The notes beneath the pieces were generated by a model. The model searched no databases and had not been told where the DNA came from. It was given only the letters and a program-made list of their open reading frames with translations. From positions 16,988,001 through 17,052,000 of the forward strand of contig OZ116712.1 of assembly GCA_964199315.1 (NCBI GenBank): a DNA stretch of 64,000 bases, read 5' to 3'. Positions 1 through 12,151 of the stretch are shown here, in pieces; position 1 is the stretch's first letter, and every line of letters begins with the position of its first letter. Made by a program: the position numbers and the translations under genes. Source of the DNA: Orbicella franksi. Taxonomy: Eukaryota.

Positions 1-82
1 GTCATCTGTCTTCCGTTTGATTGCACAATGAAACATGTTTTCCTGCCGAGTGATGCAACTAAAACTAGTGAATTAATCTAAG

Positions 83-350
83 AAGTACAATACGAGTCAA
101 GTGATCGTCAGGTCGGAACTTATCCCGGTGCTAGGAGTATTTCCACTCTCCCCCCTGCATGGTATGCTATTCCATCACAGGGTTACCCCCAGCATTACGT
201 TCGTCGGTACCCATTTTTACACTTGGGTGAATTGAGGCACTGTGAGCGTCAAGGGTCTTGCCCAAGAACACAACGCAATTACGCTGGCCAGGGCTCGAAC
301 CCGGACCGCTCGATCCGGAGACCAGCACAGTAACCATGACGCCACCGCGC
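83..350 (-). mobile_element. tRNA-derived SINE with CORE-like central domain
   Basis: The minus strand reads GCGCGGTGGCGTCATGGTT (A-box-like), then GGTTCGAGCCC (B-box), then TTCTTGGGCAAGACCCTTGACGCTCACAGTGCCTCAATTCACCCAAGTGTAAAAATGGGTACC, which resembles the CORE/MIR domain. The 61-aa ORF at 167-352 is just this SINE. Confidence 0.8.
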
Positions 351-553
351 AATCGATGTCACCAAAACGGCATTTACGGCTGTCAATTATAAGAAATATT
401 CGATAAAAAAAAAACTATACCAGCGCATTACTTTCTGCAAGCTAAAAAGGGTTTTGCCTTTTACCCTATATCACCATTACTCTAGTACAGTTATCTTTGT
501 AAGGTATTTTGCAGTTTTCATTATCTTATCAACCTCAACACTTCAGGAAGCAA

Positions 554-615
554 TCAGCAAGACCCCAGACATCCATGTAAAGCCATAGGTATGTACACAA
601 ATATCAGCAAGTAAC
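554..615 (-). CDS. Ig gene exon 6 (putative terminal exon, hydrophobic tail)
   Basis: Acceptor ccgtttttcaag|GT TAC TTG CTG ATA TTT GTG TAC ... TGC TGA; the phase matches exon 5. Confidence 0.55.
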
Positions 616-1266
616 CTTGAAAAACGGAGCAAGACCCTTTGCTTTTACTTTGTGCCACGAATACACCATTTGATCCTACAATTAAAAGAGGGCGTTAAAA
701 AGTCATGGTGGTAATACGGTATCCACTATCTACAACAGAATAGATAATGAATAACGTAGCGAATCAGAGAACGGCATTCGTCATAGAACGCTAGAAGACA
801 TATGCTAAACATGCATATACATACATTGTGAATCTTACCCTTGTTTGCCCAGATGGCACAGAAAAAGTGGAGAAACGAGTCTTATAGCCCAAACAGGCCA
901 GCATGTTACAAGACCTTACGCAAACGCGACAGCAGAGATCTTGAAAGTTTGTTTCCAGAATATTGTAACCGTGTGTAAAATCCCGGGGGGGGGGGTACTT
1001 TGGGAATTTCTGGTTGGGGAAGTGCCGCTGGGACCCTGGAACCCTTAACCTATACCAGAGCTAGTTCAGCTGAATTTTGCTACCCTATACTAGAGTATAC
1101 TAGAGTAAACTCCCCAAATCCCCCCATCTATCGACACTGTTGAGGCTGATTTGCGTAAATTTAAACTTGCCGATTTGGTTGTTTTATATTTTTGAGTGGC
1201 AATTCCTGGTTTCCTTAGTCTACATAAAATCTTCAACCAATTAATCAGTATTGTGAAAAATTATAA

Positions 1267-1300
<34 letters not shown>

Positions 1301-4300
1301 GCTATCCTAGAGTAAACGCCTTGAAAACCATACCCTTCACAGCGGCACATACCTATATAGCCCATATATGTCAGTGCCCCCCTCCCCCGGGTGTAAAATC
1401 CAGTCAGAGTGCTCGTCCTTTAACCAGCGTTTTAATGCATATATTGATAGTAATTATCATCCGTTACCTCTTGAAGAGCAGTTTTATATTTTTTCTACAT
1501 AACTGTTGTTTCCACCTACCTGGCAAGACAGCTGCGGGGATTCGAATAGCTGTGTTTCCTTCATGGGGGCAAATGTAACCACTTGGACATGGCTCTGAAG
1601 AGAAAAATCAATAGCTATAGTCAATGCCGTGGAGTGATCATCGAAGAGAGAGTAGTAACGTGCGGTCTCGTTTGTTGAAAGTAAACGTAGAGCCTGTGCA
1701 GCAGACACATGAATAATGAACATTAAAGGTTTATCTGCAAAAGCTGTTTTTACCATCAGGTGAAGTTTTGATTGGAAAGGGTATTGTCACCAAGCGTGAA
1801 AAGAGCCATGCTATTTTGTACGGAGTGTCAATTGAATCAAACGATATATTTAGAAATGTGAAATAAGTAAAATAATTCTAGCAAATTGAAAAAAAACTTT
1901 CCATTCATTCACGGTTCACGAAATATTAGATGAGCACATCCTGTACCCACATTTTTAATGAGGCATGCGATATAAAGATGATAGCGGTCGTCGATTGTGA
2001 TGACAATGAAGACGATGATGGTTAGAGTTTAAAGGATGCGTTTTGAGTTGACTGTTAAACTAATTGATGTCTATACGGTCAAACATACCTGTCTCGAGAT
2101 AGAAAGTCTTATTAGCCTGTCTTCCGTTTCTGTATCCCAGACACGTGTACAATCCCTCGTCATTTTTGGTCACGTTTACGATCTCCAGGTAAAGCATCAT
2201 TACTTTAGCACCAAACATGCGTTCGTGTCTATAGACTTGACGTTCGTTATCCGTTATTCTTTCACTGTTTCTCAGCCAGACACCAGCTTGCGCGTGGAGC
2301 ATGCTGCATTTCAGCACAACACTTCCTTGAAGGATAGCTTTTTGCCGATTGCCAGCTATCTTCACATATCCAATCTGGACTTCTTCGGTTGTATGAGCTG
2401 TGGAGTAAAGATAGTTTTGTCAGTACACATGAATACGTATTGAGCTTTGTGATGCGCATATATTTTATAGCTTCATGATGTGGGGTTTTGTAACTGTTAA
2501 CAAGTTGGATTGAGTTGGAGCGCAGCCACTTTCTGTTATTTGTTTCTGCTGGGTAAGAGATTTTACCTTCGGAGGCCTTCTAGGTAGTATTTATTGGTTC
2601 ATGAATTTGGTGGTGGGGAAGAGACGGGGGTGGGCGTGGGTGGGACTCCCATTTCAGTCTATTTTTTGGCCAAATACTATTCCTATACCTATTTTTGTCT
2701 GTGATTCCCAGTCCCAATGACGCAAATTTCATTTTCCTAGTGAAAACAAACAAATCCCAGTTCGCATTTCACCCCTTCAGCCCATGTCTATGCACCAAGT
2801 GAGTGCCAGAGAATTGTTGGAGGAGCCCGATAAAATGCTGCGGCAATAATTTGCTTGGTCCAGCACCACATTCAGGGTGAGTTACTTCCAGTTCGCCTAG
2901 TCACTTGCACCATGGAACCTTACTTTAACTTACTTCTATCGATCCTTAGTTAACCTTGTTTTACTACTGGGTTAGCAAAACTCTTGGATTCTAGAAAACT
3001 AATCTTACAATTTTCTTCCAGGACTCAGGTAGACTTCTTGAAAATTAGCTTGTTCCCCCAATTCGGGAAAAAACTTTTAGATCTTCGTAGTTATATGAAA
3101 TAAGCGAATGACTTTTCGGTTATAACCTTCGCCACAAACAGTAAGTCTGCTGCTAGCTAGAAGTGTACAATTTTTTAATTTACGTCACGAAATGTCTGGG
3201 TTCTGGATTCTGGAACTTCGCATTTGTATCCTAGAAATTTCTGGAATTCCACCATATCTGAGTAGCATTAACCCTGACACCATTAATGTTACTATAACTA
3301 GGCCAGTGCTAAAGCAAACACATAAACATTAACATCAACGAGCAATGACTCACCCTTCACATCAAGAACACATGTTTTGTTGACGTTTCCATTGGCGTTA
3401 GCAACTTGGCATGTGTAGTTTCCACCATCGCTGGTCGTGACAAATTTAATTTTGAGGGTTTGATAGCAGGACTTCCTATCAACTGTCACGTGACTCTTTC
3501 TTTGTTTGCTGATTGGTTGTCGGTTATGGAACCAGGTTATGTTAGCGAAGGTTTTGGAAAGCACCTCACAAGCAATTTCTGTGTGTGCGTCCATTTTAAT
3601 TGGCAGTTTAGGGCAAGTCATATCCACGTTGGGTGTTCCCCCTGAAGGAAAACAGATAATAATCCACAACTATAAACATATGGTTCCGCAAAGTCAAATC
3701 GATAGCGAAAAGTGCCTTTATGTCAGTAAAAGTTCGTCTCAGTGTACTTTTGATTCCCATCAAACGTAAGGCAAAGATGGATGACTGTCATTTCAGCTCC
3801 ACTATGCAGTACACAACATGAAGAAAAAACCGTCAAGTTTTCTTTGGCAGTTTCGGTCGTGCCGAACAGTACGGACGTTAGATACCACCACCTCTTATCT
3901 GACACCCAAGTACGTGGCTCATAGCATAAAACAGAGCTGAATGACAAGGCTGAAAAGGCTCCCGATTGGGTTCAGTTTAGGGCGAGAAAAACATCGAGTG
4001 GTCTTGGGAGGCAAAAATGGCGGGTAGACTCACGGCTCTCTTCACTCGCGTAATTTTTTTTCGCTCTTGCCGGGAGCCTGGTCACAGGCTATAAATACTT
4101 GAAAGACTTGTTACATTTGGTATTCAACACTTATACGTTAAGATTTTCATCCTACTTGAATAGTTACAACTTCTTATGGCCTTTATACCAGGAGGCCAAA
4201 TCCTCAGTGGAACGCACTTTCAAATCAATATCGCACTGTTGCAGATTAAAGCACTTCCACAAATTACGTTTGTCCTGTAGTTTTGCATTTGTCTGCTTTT

Positions 4301-5578
4301 TTCGAATTTTCTTTCATTATTTTAGTTTATTCAAGAATAAATAAAGTTTATGTATGTATGTAGGACCAGCTGCACTGTTCAGGGGAAGTAGTTCTCAGTG
4401 TGAATGTATTGTAATAATTATGGACAAACCTAAAACTTGAGGCTCGCTTTCAGCCAGACTTTGGCTCGTATCGAAACAGAAACGGTTCAGTTCCGCCAAC
4501 ACGGAAATGTTTTATTAGGATGCTATGATATGAGTGCGCAGGGTATCCTTAAACCATGACTTACCAAGCGTTTCCGAGTCGTTTGTGTCGTGTTTAATAC
4601 CGTTGGGACCGCAAGTGAACGAAGGATGTGGTACATTTGACGCTGAAAAGAAAAGCCTGTTCAAGTTATAATGATTAGCAGAATAAGTTTTACTGAGCAA
4701 CTAATACTGCCACTTTAAACTGACGGTCTCAGGATTCCCGCTTATTAAATACAGGGTTAATTGTAGAAGAAATCAAGGACGGTCTGGAAGACGAAAAACA
4801 GAAAAGAGATTAGATAATTGGATATGCATGCACTGATCGATCAAACTCAAACGTCAGTTTCCTGTTGAAACAACAAGGCTCACCAGGGTAATAGAGTGGA
4901 ACCTCGATATCACGCGGGCTAGGGTACTTGCTAAATATGTTCGCTATATTTTGACTATTACCGACTGGGGCGAAGAATATCGTTCGTTATTCCGATGACC
5001 TCGTTATATCGAGGTTCTGTTCCATACATTTGTCAGCATTTGACTGTTAAACTTTGGCTAGGGCTGAAGAATATCGTTCGTTATACCGAGGACTTCGTTA
5101 TATTCGAGGTTCCACTGTGGCAGTTTCCCGAATCAATATACAAATCACTGCGAGTAAAAACAGAGAGCTACAAGGTTTTGATTTCAGTCGTTCTACGAAA
5201 TAACTAAGCTGTCACATGCAAGTGAAACTTGGCAGAAGCGTTTGAACGCGCCAAATCTTGGCGATCTTTTAAAACTCTCTTACCGCCTACTTCCGTTAGC
5301 TACAGACTTGGTATTTCCGTCGGCGACGAACCAGTCATCCCATCAACCTTTTTTGTTCCAGATGTATAGATCTCGTTCAACTGAGAAAACGTTAGTCTTT
5401 CCTTTATATTTCCGAACAAAACGAGGTACAGCATTAGCTAGCATTGCAAACCGAAACTTGCTTAAATCTACCTCGTGCTGATCGAGTTTTTCTCGTACTT
5501 ACCGTTCACAATCTCTTGTAATACTGCAAAGTAACTGAAAACCAACATCACGTACTGTAGCTTTTGTCTTCGAGCCAT
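554..5578 (-). CDS. Two-Ig-domain cell-surface protein, ~295 aa (signal peptide, 2 Ig I-set-like domains, hydrophobic C-terminal tail); exons 5578-5503, 4642-4565, 3641-3354, 2397-2089, 1594-1520, 615-554
   Basis: Six exons with GT-AG boundaries and all introns phase 1 give 888 nt, an open frame ending in TGA. The N-terminus is MARRQKLQYVMLVFSYFAVLQEIVNA. Ig motifs are C...W...DGGNYTC and C...W...DEGLYTC. The C-terminus is GYLLIFVYIPMALHGCLGSC*. The last exon has a weaker AAG acceptor and is least certain. Confidence 0.75.
982..1391. mobile_element. Non-autonomous TIR element (CCCGGGGG...CCCCCGGG ends) with perfect target-site duplication, in Ig gene intron 5
   Basis: TGTAAAAT at 974-981 recurs at 1392-1399 (or 10-bp GTGTAAAATC if the ends are CCGGG). 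The termini are inverted G/C runs. Superfamily is uncertain. Confidence 0.8.
1520..1594 (-). CDS. Ig gene exon 5 (75-nt membrane-proximal stalk EPCPSGYICPHEGNTAIRIPAAVLP)
   Basis: ttttctcttcag|AG ... CCA G|gtaggt; symmetric phase 1-1 and open. Confidence 0.75.
2089..2397 (-). CDS. Ig gene exon 4 (Ig domain 2)
   Basis: ctttactccacag|CT ... ACA G|gtatgt; 309 nt; VVLKC...GVWLRN...LEIVNVTKNDEGLYTCLG. Confidence 0.9.
3354..3641 (-). CDS. Ig gene exon 3 (Ig domain 1)
   Basis: ttttccttcag|GG ... AAG G|gtgagt; 288 nt; EIACEV...NITWFHN...LKIKFVTTSDGGNYTCQVAN. Confidence 0.9.
4565..4642 (-). CDS. Ig gene exon 2 (78-nt linker ASNVPHPSFTCGPNGIKHDTNDSETL)
   Basis: ttttcttttcag|CG ... CTT G|gtaagt; symmetric phase 1-1. 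Confidence 0.8.
4894..5117. mobile_element. Tc1/mariner (pogo/Tigger-like) MITE in Ig gene intron 1
   Basis: TA|GAGTGGAACCTCGATAT on the left and ATATTCGAGGTTCCACTG on the right, with internal repeats of TTCGTTAT. Confidence 0.75.
5503..5578 (-). CDS. Ig gene first coding exon (signal peptide)
   Basis: GAAATGG Kozak-like start, a basic N-region plus hydrophobic core, and donor AAC G|gtaagt. An upstream acceptor at 5596 implies a 5'UTR intron. Confidence 0.8.
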
Positions 5579-8500
5579 TTCCACTGGCTTTAGGCCTGAA
5601 AAATTCCTTGACGAGATTGAGTTGTTCATGACTTAGAGTCGTTGACACTCCTGTAAACAGGAAGCGTTTCGCTTCAGAGGTTTGAACTGAACTGCCGTAA
5701 GTGAGCTATATTTAGTTTATTGAACATCGAAACACGTCAGTGTCGACAGTGAAACGATATATACAACGAAATGAAAACCGCACTGACTATGTCACTGGTA
5801 CAAACCGAATTTCAACCGTTCAACGCAGAAAACTGACATGTTGAATTAAAATCTCTTAGTATGAGAGTAAGCTAAGCCAAAGTTGCTTTCGAGCTGCACT
5901 CCTAAAGAAAAGTAAATGATAGCAATAGAAGATAAGGCGTGCTGTTAAGACTTCCGCTTTCCATCAGAGGCCGCGCTTTGATTTGTCTGCATCCTTTCAA
6001 CGGCAACTTATTGAAGTATTTCTCGGAACTGAACTATAAGCAATTGCAAAATCATGCAATACCATCTCGCGACCGCGGTTAAACAAACAGGGAGCGGCCG
6101 GTGGAAAACCTTATGAGAACAGGAACAAAATCCAAGAGTTCACTTTTACAAACTTTACAACAATATTTACTACTCGATACATAAAACATTGTATTCTGTG
6201 AGAATTTTGTAAGCCATATATGGGCTCATTACAGCTGGCAGAACTTTGAAGTGTTTCAAAAGCCAATATCTCCGCCAATATTCACACACATGTAGCTAAA
6301 TTTAATTTCTTACCCATAAGTTTCACAAGCTTTTGAATGTTTGGAACCACTTTGTGTCTTGCATGATGCGTTCTCCAACACAGACTGAGTCGTATGCTAA
6401 ATGAGGCAAAACGTAAACAATGACGTCGGCAAACATTCCCCTATCTTCTCGCCATCCCATCTCCAAGCCAAACACGACAATGTGTTTCTATTATTTTTCA
6501 GTTTTCTCCTTTATGAATGAAAGCACTGAACAACAACAGTTTATTTCATTATTCCCACTGATGAGTACATGGTATTACCTAAAATATAATACAGTACAGT
6601 TAAAATGATGCAAATAAATTACAATAATTTAATTGATTGAGTGATAGTATTCTGTCTGTAATCCATGCATGAATGGATATAGGCAGCTGTAAGTCTACAG
6701 TCATGGAGTCAACATTATTGAAAAGAAAGAGAATTTTCGAACTTTCATCTAAAATATCAAAATGGTTAATTGTATTTTCTATATATGTTTTCAAAAAAGT
6801 TCAAGCGTAAACTATCGTAAAGGTGACAGGAAAGTTTTAAATACAACTCATTTTCAACTTCATTCAAATGACAGAAAGGTCAAATTCTAAGATTTTCTGG
6901 GGTTTGGGAAATTGTATGTCTGCCATTTTCTATCCGTAATCGATGATTTCCGAGGCGAAATTTATTTACCGCTTTTTTATGCGAGGGATTCTTTATTGTA
7001 TTAAAAAAAACATCGGGTAGAATGCCTGGACATTATTAATTATTCATGACCGGCGAAGCGGCAAATTTGAATGTTTGCGTGTCGTGAAATGCCCTGATTA
7101 AGAGAAGAAAGGGTCCAAATTGGCCCAATAGCGTTGATAAAACTTACTGTTCTGGTTTCCAGGAGTTAAAATTTCAACTTTCACGCGCGGCTTTTTGAAG
7201 AAGAAGGTTGAATCTTCAATTTAAGCCGTTAAGTAAGTTGATATATGAGGTATAAGGAGTAGCTTTTTGCTCTTGAAAATGGGCAAAAATTGGCCATTTT
7301 TTGTATGGGGACCGTTTTCAGAAGCAATTTTCAGACCATCTAAACCGGCCTTCCTAATTTTCACGCACGGCAAATGAAAGATGGCTTTTTACTGAAACAA
7401 AACCCGTTTCAAATTTGAAAATCGGTCCACAGGAACCTGTAGCTTTTTGAGTTTGAAAACTTCTTGTTGGAGTTGCATTTGAAAATGGCGCGTCTTCGAT
7501 GGAAGAGCTATTGTCTTAAGCACACGTCTGTATAACAATGGCTGTCAAAACTAAACAATACCCATTCAAGAAAACCACTTGACTGTAACTGCTTTATGAC
7601 GATCGGTTTTGAACATTGAGTAAAAAATCAACTTCTGTTATGTTTTATCAAGTTTAACTGATGTTGAGTCATTTCTTTGTTTAGAGTTAATCGAACTTGA
7701 GAAATAAATGACAGGGAGATATAGGTTATCTTTGCGAGCCCGAGACATTTTGACGGCTTTAAAATTGCGAGACCGAGACTTTTTAAAAGTGTTTTAAATT
7801 CGGGCACGAAACATTTAGTCTCTTAGACGTTCAGATATCATTTATAAATGCAAACAAACAAATCTGGACTTCAAGAATTTCTTAGCCTTACCAAAACTCG
7901 AGATCCCGAGACAGCTTCGTGGAAAAATAGAGGCTGCGAGAGGTACATACCTGCTAAAAGAAAGAAACTGCGAAACCCGTGCAATGGGTCGATCATTTTG
8001 CGACATACAAGGACCATTCCACCACCCTTCATCGTGGTTAATGGATCGTTAATGATAAGCATCAAGCGCCAAAAACCTTGTTTATTAGTGTTAACCTTGG
8101 ATGAAAACTTCAAGATTTAATCGTAGTTTATTACAAGATTGGAATAAACATTCACTTCTGGTGGCTTCACGGACAATTGCACTTATTTTGAGGAAAAGAG
8201 AAGCTTCAGTCTGTCTGAAGAGAAAATGATTTCGGTCACTTGATCTGACACGGTTTGTCTACGAAACCACCACGTTTGCGATTCTTAAATGCCTTGAATA
8301 CTATGTCAGTCTTGAAAACATTTAACTTTTGGTCCACAATTTCCAATGCTTTGAACATGCCAGACTTGGAGTGTTGCCTTTCGTGTTGCATCTCGGCTGC
8401 ATGAGGACCATCTCAAGGCTCCTTCTCCTCCAATCAAAACAACAAATGTCCATCATGTTTACATATGTCCCTAGAAATGCTATTTTCACCGTCTAATACA

Positions 8501-8867
8501 TTAAATTTAGCGTCATAAGCCTATATTCTCGACCAACCAGAATGTGCAATTCTTCTATTCACCTGTGGAAATTATACTTAAGATACTGAGTTATTCCTTC
8601 TTTATGCTATAATTGTTTGGCAAACAACAGTTATTTCTCTTGGAAAGATTTCAGTGTAACTCCATAGTTCATAATGTATACAGTTCTCTGCTCAAAGAAA
8701 ACAATAGTTTGGCTTTGGGAGTTTGCTCAATTAGCGTTACATTTCGGCTGTTCTAAATCCTTATAACACAATGTCAATTTTGTTGGATTTCGCGTCCAAA
8801 ATAAGAAGTGTGTGGCATATTTCAGCAGTCTTTTGGAGTTTTCTGCCATTGGCGTAACTCATTTTAC

Positions 8868-8893
8868 CAACAACAACAACAACAACAACAACA
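8868..8893. repeat. (CAA)n microsatellite
   Basis: About 8 consecutive CAA units, read directly. Confidence 0.9.
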
Positions 8894-9825
8894 CGCACTT
8901 TGTTACCAAAATAGAAAAACTCTCAGTTACAAAAAACAGATAACTGAAACAGAAAATTCGCCCAGAATACTGAACACCTAATCAAGCTGAGTGAAATTAA
9001 ATAGAATTTATATAAAGAAGTTGGTTGGCAGTAAAGCGTAAAAGGGGGAGCAGTAAGGAGACAAAACAAGGGCAAAAAAGAAGAAAAAATACAATAAATA
9101 AGTGAGCGGAATAAATCAGTTAATCACTAAATACCTAGAAATAAAGTAAATTACCAATAAATGAGTCACTAGTAAATGCGAGATGAAAACTCATGGATGT
9201 TGGCACTATGATTGTAAGATGTTAAGCTTAACTTAGTTTTCGAAACGTTTAAGGGGAGGTGTATATACTTTCATAAAAAATTAGTTTTAACCAATTTTAA
9301 TAAAAAAAAAACGTGTCTCGTTAAGAAATTTGCTGTTAGTAGAAGCTTAACCAGAAGTCAATAAAATAACGCGCACAAAAAAAAAAAATAACTAAACAAA
9401 TTAAAAATAACAATGAATAAAGATAAACAAATAACTCGATCGTTCTATGGAACCGTCCTTTCGGTCCCAATGAAACGGCCAGTGCGACCACCTCGTTGAT
9501 GCGGCCAACTGTCACAGTCTGAAATCCCAGCCTTTATAATTCTTTATTGTTTCACCCCGTCAGGGGGTTATACGGCCACTCAAACCACTTACACTGTATG
9601 TTCATCTTTCCATTGTTAATACCGTGTGTACTGATTGAAGGTTCATTTTTTTTGAAAAAAAAAAAAACTATATCGCATTCCAGATGCTTATTAAAAAAAT
9701 TGTTTAGACGTTCAATTGTGATATATCTGTTAAGACGTCACTCAATTTAGGCCAGTCATGAAGTTTGACCCTACGCCGTTAATATGGCCAAATCTTCATG
9801 GCCCGTTGGTAAATTTAATATATTA

Positions 9826-11029
9826 AGAGGGTCTGGATGGGGTTAACTGACAACTGACAATTGCCAAAAAAACCTGACAACTGACAAATCCCCGAAAATT
9901 TACCCGACAACTGGCATTTGCAGTCAGATTTACTACAAACAGACCAAAGGTTTTAGCCCTTGATATTTGTTTGAAATTCATTGAAATATTATTACTTTAA
10001 CCTTTTGTCGTTTAATGTTCGCGCTGTTTAGATTGTTTTCAGACCCAAATCATCACACTGAGCTTCTATTAAGTGCGTCAATACAAATAATTTACAACTA
10101 TATTAATTTTGACCCTCAATTTATCTTTTCCATGATCCTCAATTAGCAGAGGCTTGAATGTAGTTGCAACAAAATATGGCCTCTCTCATCCGCAGAGGTT
10201 CAAAGAGGTTTTCAGGTGGAGAGAATCCGCTGAACAACGTTTCGAACCTCTGCGGAGGAGAGAGAGTATGGCCTTGGTATATTTTACACACTGTTGCGTA
10301 ACAAGGCGTAAGGAGTTTCTGCGCACTGTATGGGAATGTGATCTTCTATAACAGTGCGAAATATAGAAAAAAAAATTAAATAAGACCGCCTTAAACCTGG
10401 CATTTTTAACTATTTCAGGTTATTTCAGGTTGCCAGCTACCCTTATTTTAATTTAATTATTATACTACTATTGTAATTTAATTTAGAAAAAAATAAGGGA
10501 TAAATAAAGCTGTTATTGTTGTTGACTTATTTCGACTGTTTGAGTGCCACTTATATTTTCGTGGCATTTTGGGGCCGATTTTAGCGATTTTAGTGAGTTT
10601 AGTTTCATCGTTTCCGTTCCCTACGTATCGCTGCTCCCGAAATTTACATTTGCAAATGAAACAGCATTTTCCGGAATTTCTGGAAAAAGGGAAACCTCGC
10701 GAGGTACACCCAAATTTTTCCGAAATTTCTTAACGGGAATTTCCGCTTCACTTAATTTTTTCCTGTCGAAATATCCAGAATCCTAAGTGGAATGGTTCGC
10801 TTTTCAAAAATTCAACAATTTCCGGATTTTCTGGAAACTTTCCGTACCATTTCTCACCGATTCGAAGTTTTCGGAATTTTTGGGTGAATAAAAAGTGCTT
10901 TAGGAGAGGTTTTAGGTCTTCAGTTAATTATTAAGCCACTAACTGACAAATGACAAATGGCCGAGAATTTAACCGACAACTGACAAATAGACGAAATAAC
11001 TGACACTTGCACTCCCATCCAGACCCTCT
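9826..11029. mobile_element. Non-autonomous TIR DNA element (AGAGGGTCTGGATGGG termini) carrying internal repeat fragments, inserted into the right end of a mariner-type MITE
   Basis: 16-bp inverted termini at 9826-9841 and 11014-11029. TATTA flanks both sides (9821-9825 and 11030-11034). Subterminal (A/C)CTGACAA repeats occur at both ends. Confidence 0.7.
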
Positions 11030-11070
11030 TATTATGGGGGTCCACAGTTGTTACTGGAATAACTTGTTAA

Positions 11071-12151
11071 CGGGGAAGGTCACTCCAAAAACAGTGTATT
11101 TTTTTTCCATCACCAATAAAAAGTTCACATTGAGTTGAGTTACTCACCGTTGTTTTAGCTTCTGAAATGGATGCGATCCTAATGAAAAAGAAGTGAAAAA
11201 TTCGACACCGGGAGCCGCCATTTTGAAAGGATCTTGCAGGCCAGGCCGCATATCCGTGACGTCATTCCGTCCGAGAATGTGTTTGTTCTTAAACAAGCTG
11301 AAGGAAAATTGACTCTGTTAGTGTGTGACTAAAATGCTTGTGCTGGCGACCAAACTTGAAAACTTAGGGGCCAGCTGGACCCAAGTTTTTTTTCTTGAAA
11401 TTCGAGCCCCGTAGTCCAGCGAGGACCTTCAATTTCTTGCGCAGAAATAATATTTACCAAATCAAGTCAACGACAGTTCTGCCGGGAAAAAATATTTTTA
11501 CAAATGAAAAGTATAACTGATGAACTGATAGCTACCTCTTTTCGTTCCTTGCGATGCGCCGTTCGCTTGTAATGTGTGCCTTTACAAGGGCCTTCCGTTG
11601 AAAAATTGTCGGAAAGCATTTTTCTTCAATGACCTCGTTCTAGTGTTTCCATTCACAAGATCAAATCGGTATTCAGTTTTGAAACAGTCGCTTGTGAAAT
11701 GCTCGTTGGACACATACACATTTTCGAGTTTTTTTGCATGAATCTCTCATCCGATCCTGACGTAGTTGTTCGAACCACTTCTTTGGCAATTTTTTGTTCT
11801 TTGCAGGCAAATTAAGGAAAGTCACTCCTCTTTCCCTATCCTTTTCGGTTCGGGTTTTACAGCCCGGGGCCGAACATTTTAGCTCACAACTGAATAAACG
11901 AATTTAGAACAGAAAGGAAGAGCTTCAGCCTTTGAGCTTCGCGCCAATTCAGACGAAATGACGTCACGGATATGCGGCCTGGCCTGCAAGATCCTTTCAA
12001 AATGGCGGCTCCCGGTGTCGAACTGTTCACTTCTTTTTCATTGGGATCGCATCCACTTCAGAAGCTAAAACAACGGTGAGTAACTCAACTCAATGTGAAC
12101 TTTTTATTGGTGATGGAAAAAAAGACACGATTTTTGGAGTGACCTTCTCCT
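11071..12151 (-). mobile_element. Kolobok-like TTAA-targeting DNA transposon derivative, ~200-bp TIRs, decayed THAP domain
   Basis: TTAA at 11067-11070 and 12152-12155. The TIRs (C/A)GG(G/A)GAAGGTCACTCCAAAAA...GTGACGTCATT extend ~200 bp. The internal minus-strand frames give CSAPGC...TFLNLP...KW...VYVSNEHFTSDCF...LKKNA(V)PTIF, with two frameshifts. Confidence 0.8.
11535..11892 (-). pseudogene. Frameshifted THAP zinc-finger remnant inside the TIR element
   Basis: THAP hallmarks CxxxxC, conserved P and W, HF and terminal AVPTIF are split over three frames. The third Cys is replaced and no ATG was found. Confidence 0.8.

Noticed and set aside
167-352. SINE A/B boxes as a tRNA gene, or the 61-aa ORF as a protein
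   Set aside because: No complete cloverleaf, and the sequence continues into a SINE body; the same applies to the ORFs at 54928-55249.
1520-3641. Calling the Ig gene FGFR/VEGFR or another receptor tyrosine kinase
   Set aside because: There is no kinase or long cytoplasmic exon in the window, and an in-phase terminal exon with a stop exists at 615-554. The Ig sequences are not recognisably FGFR-specific.
8200-8460. Protein-like minus-strand stretch (GMFKALEIVDQKLNVFKTDIVFKAFKNRKRGG)
   Set aside because: It is under 60 codons, bounded by stops, with no start, splice signals or recognisable family; possibly old TE debris.
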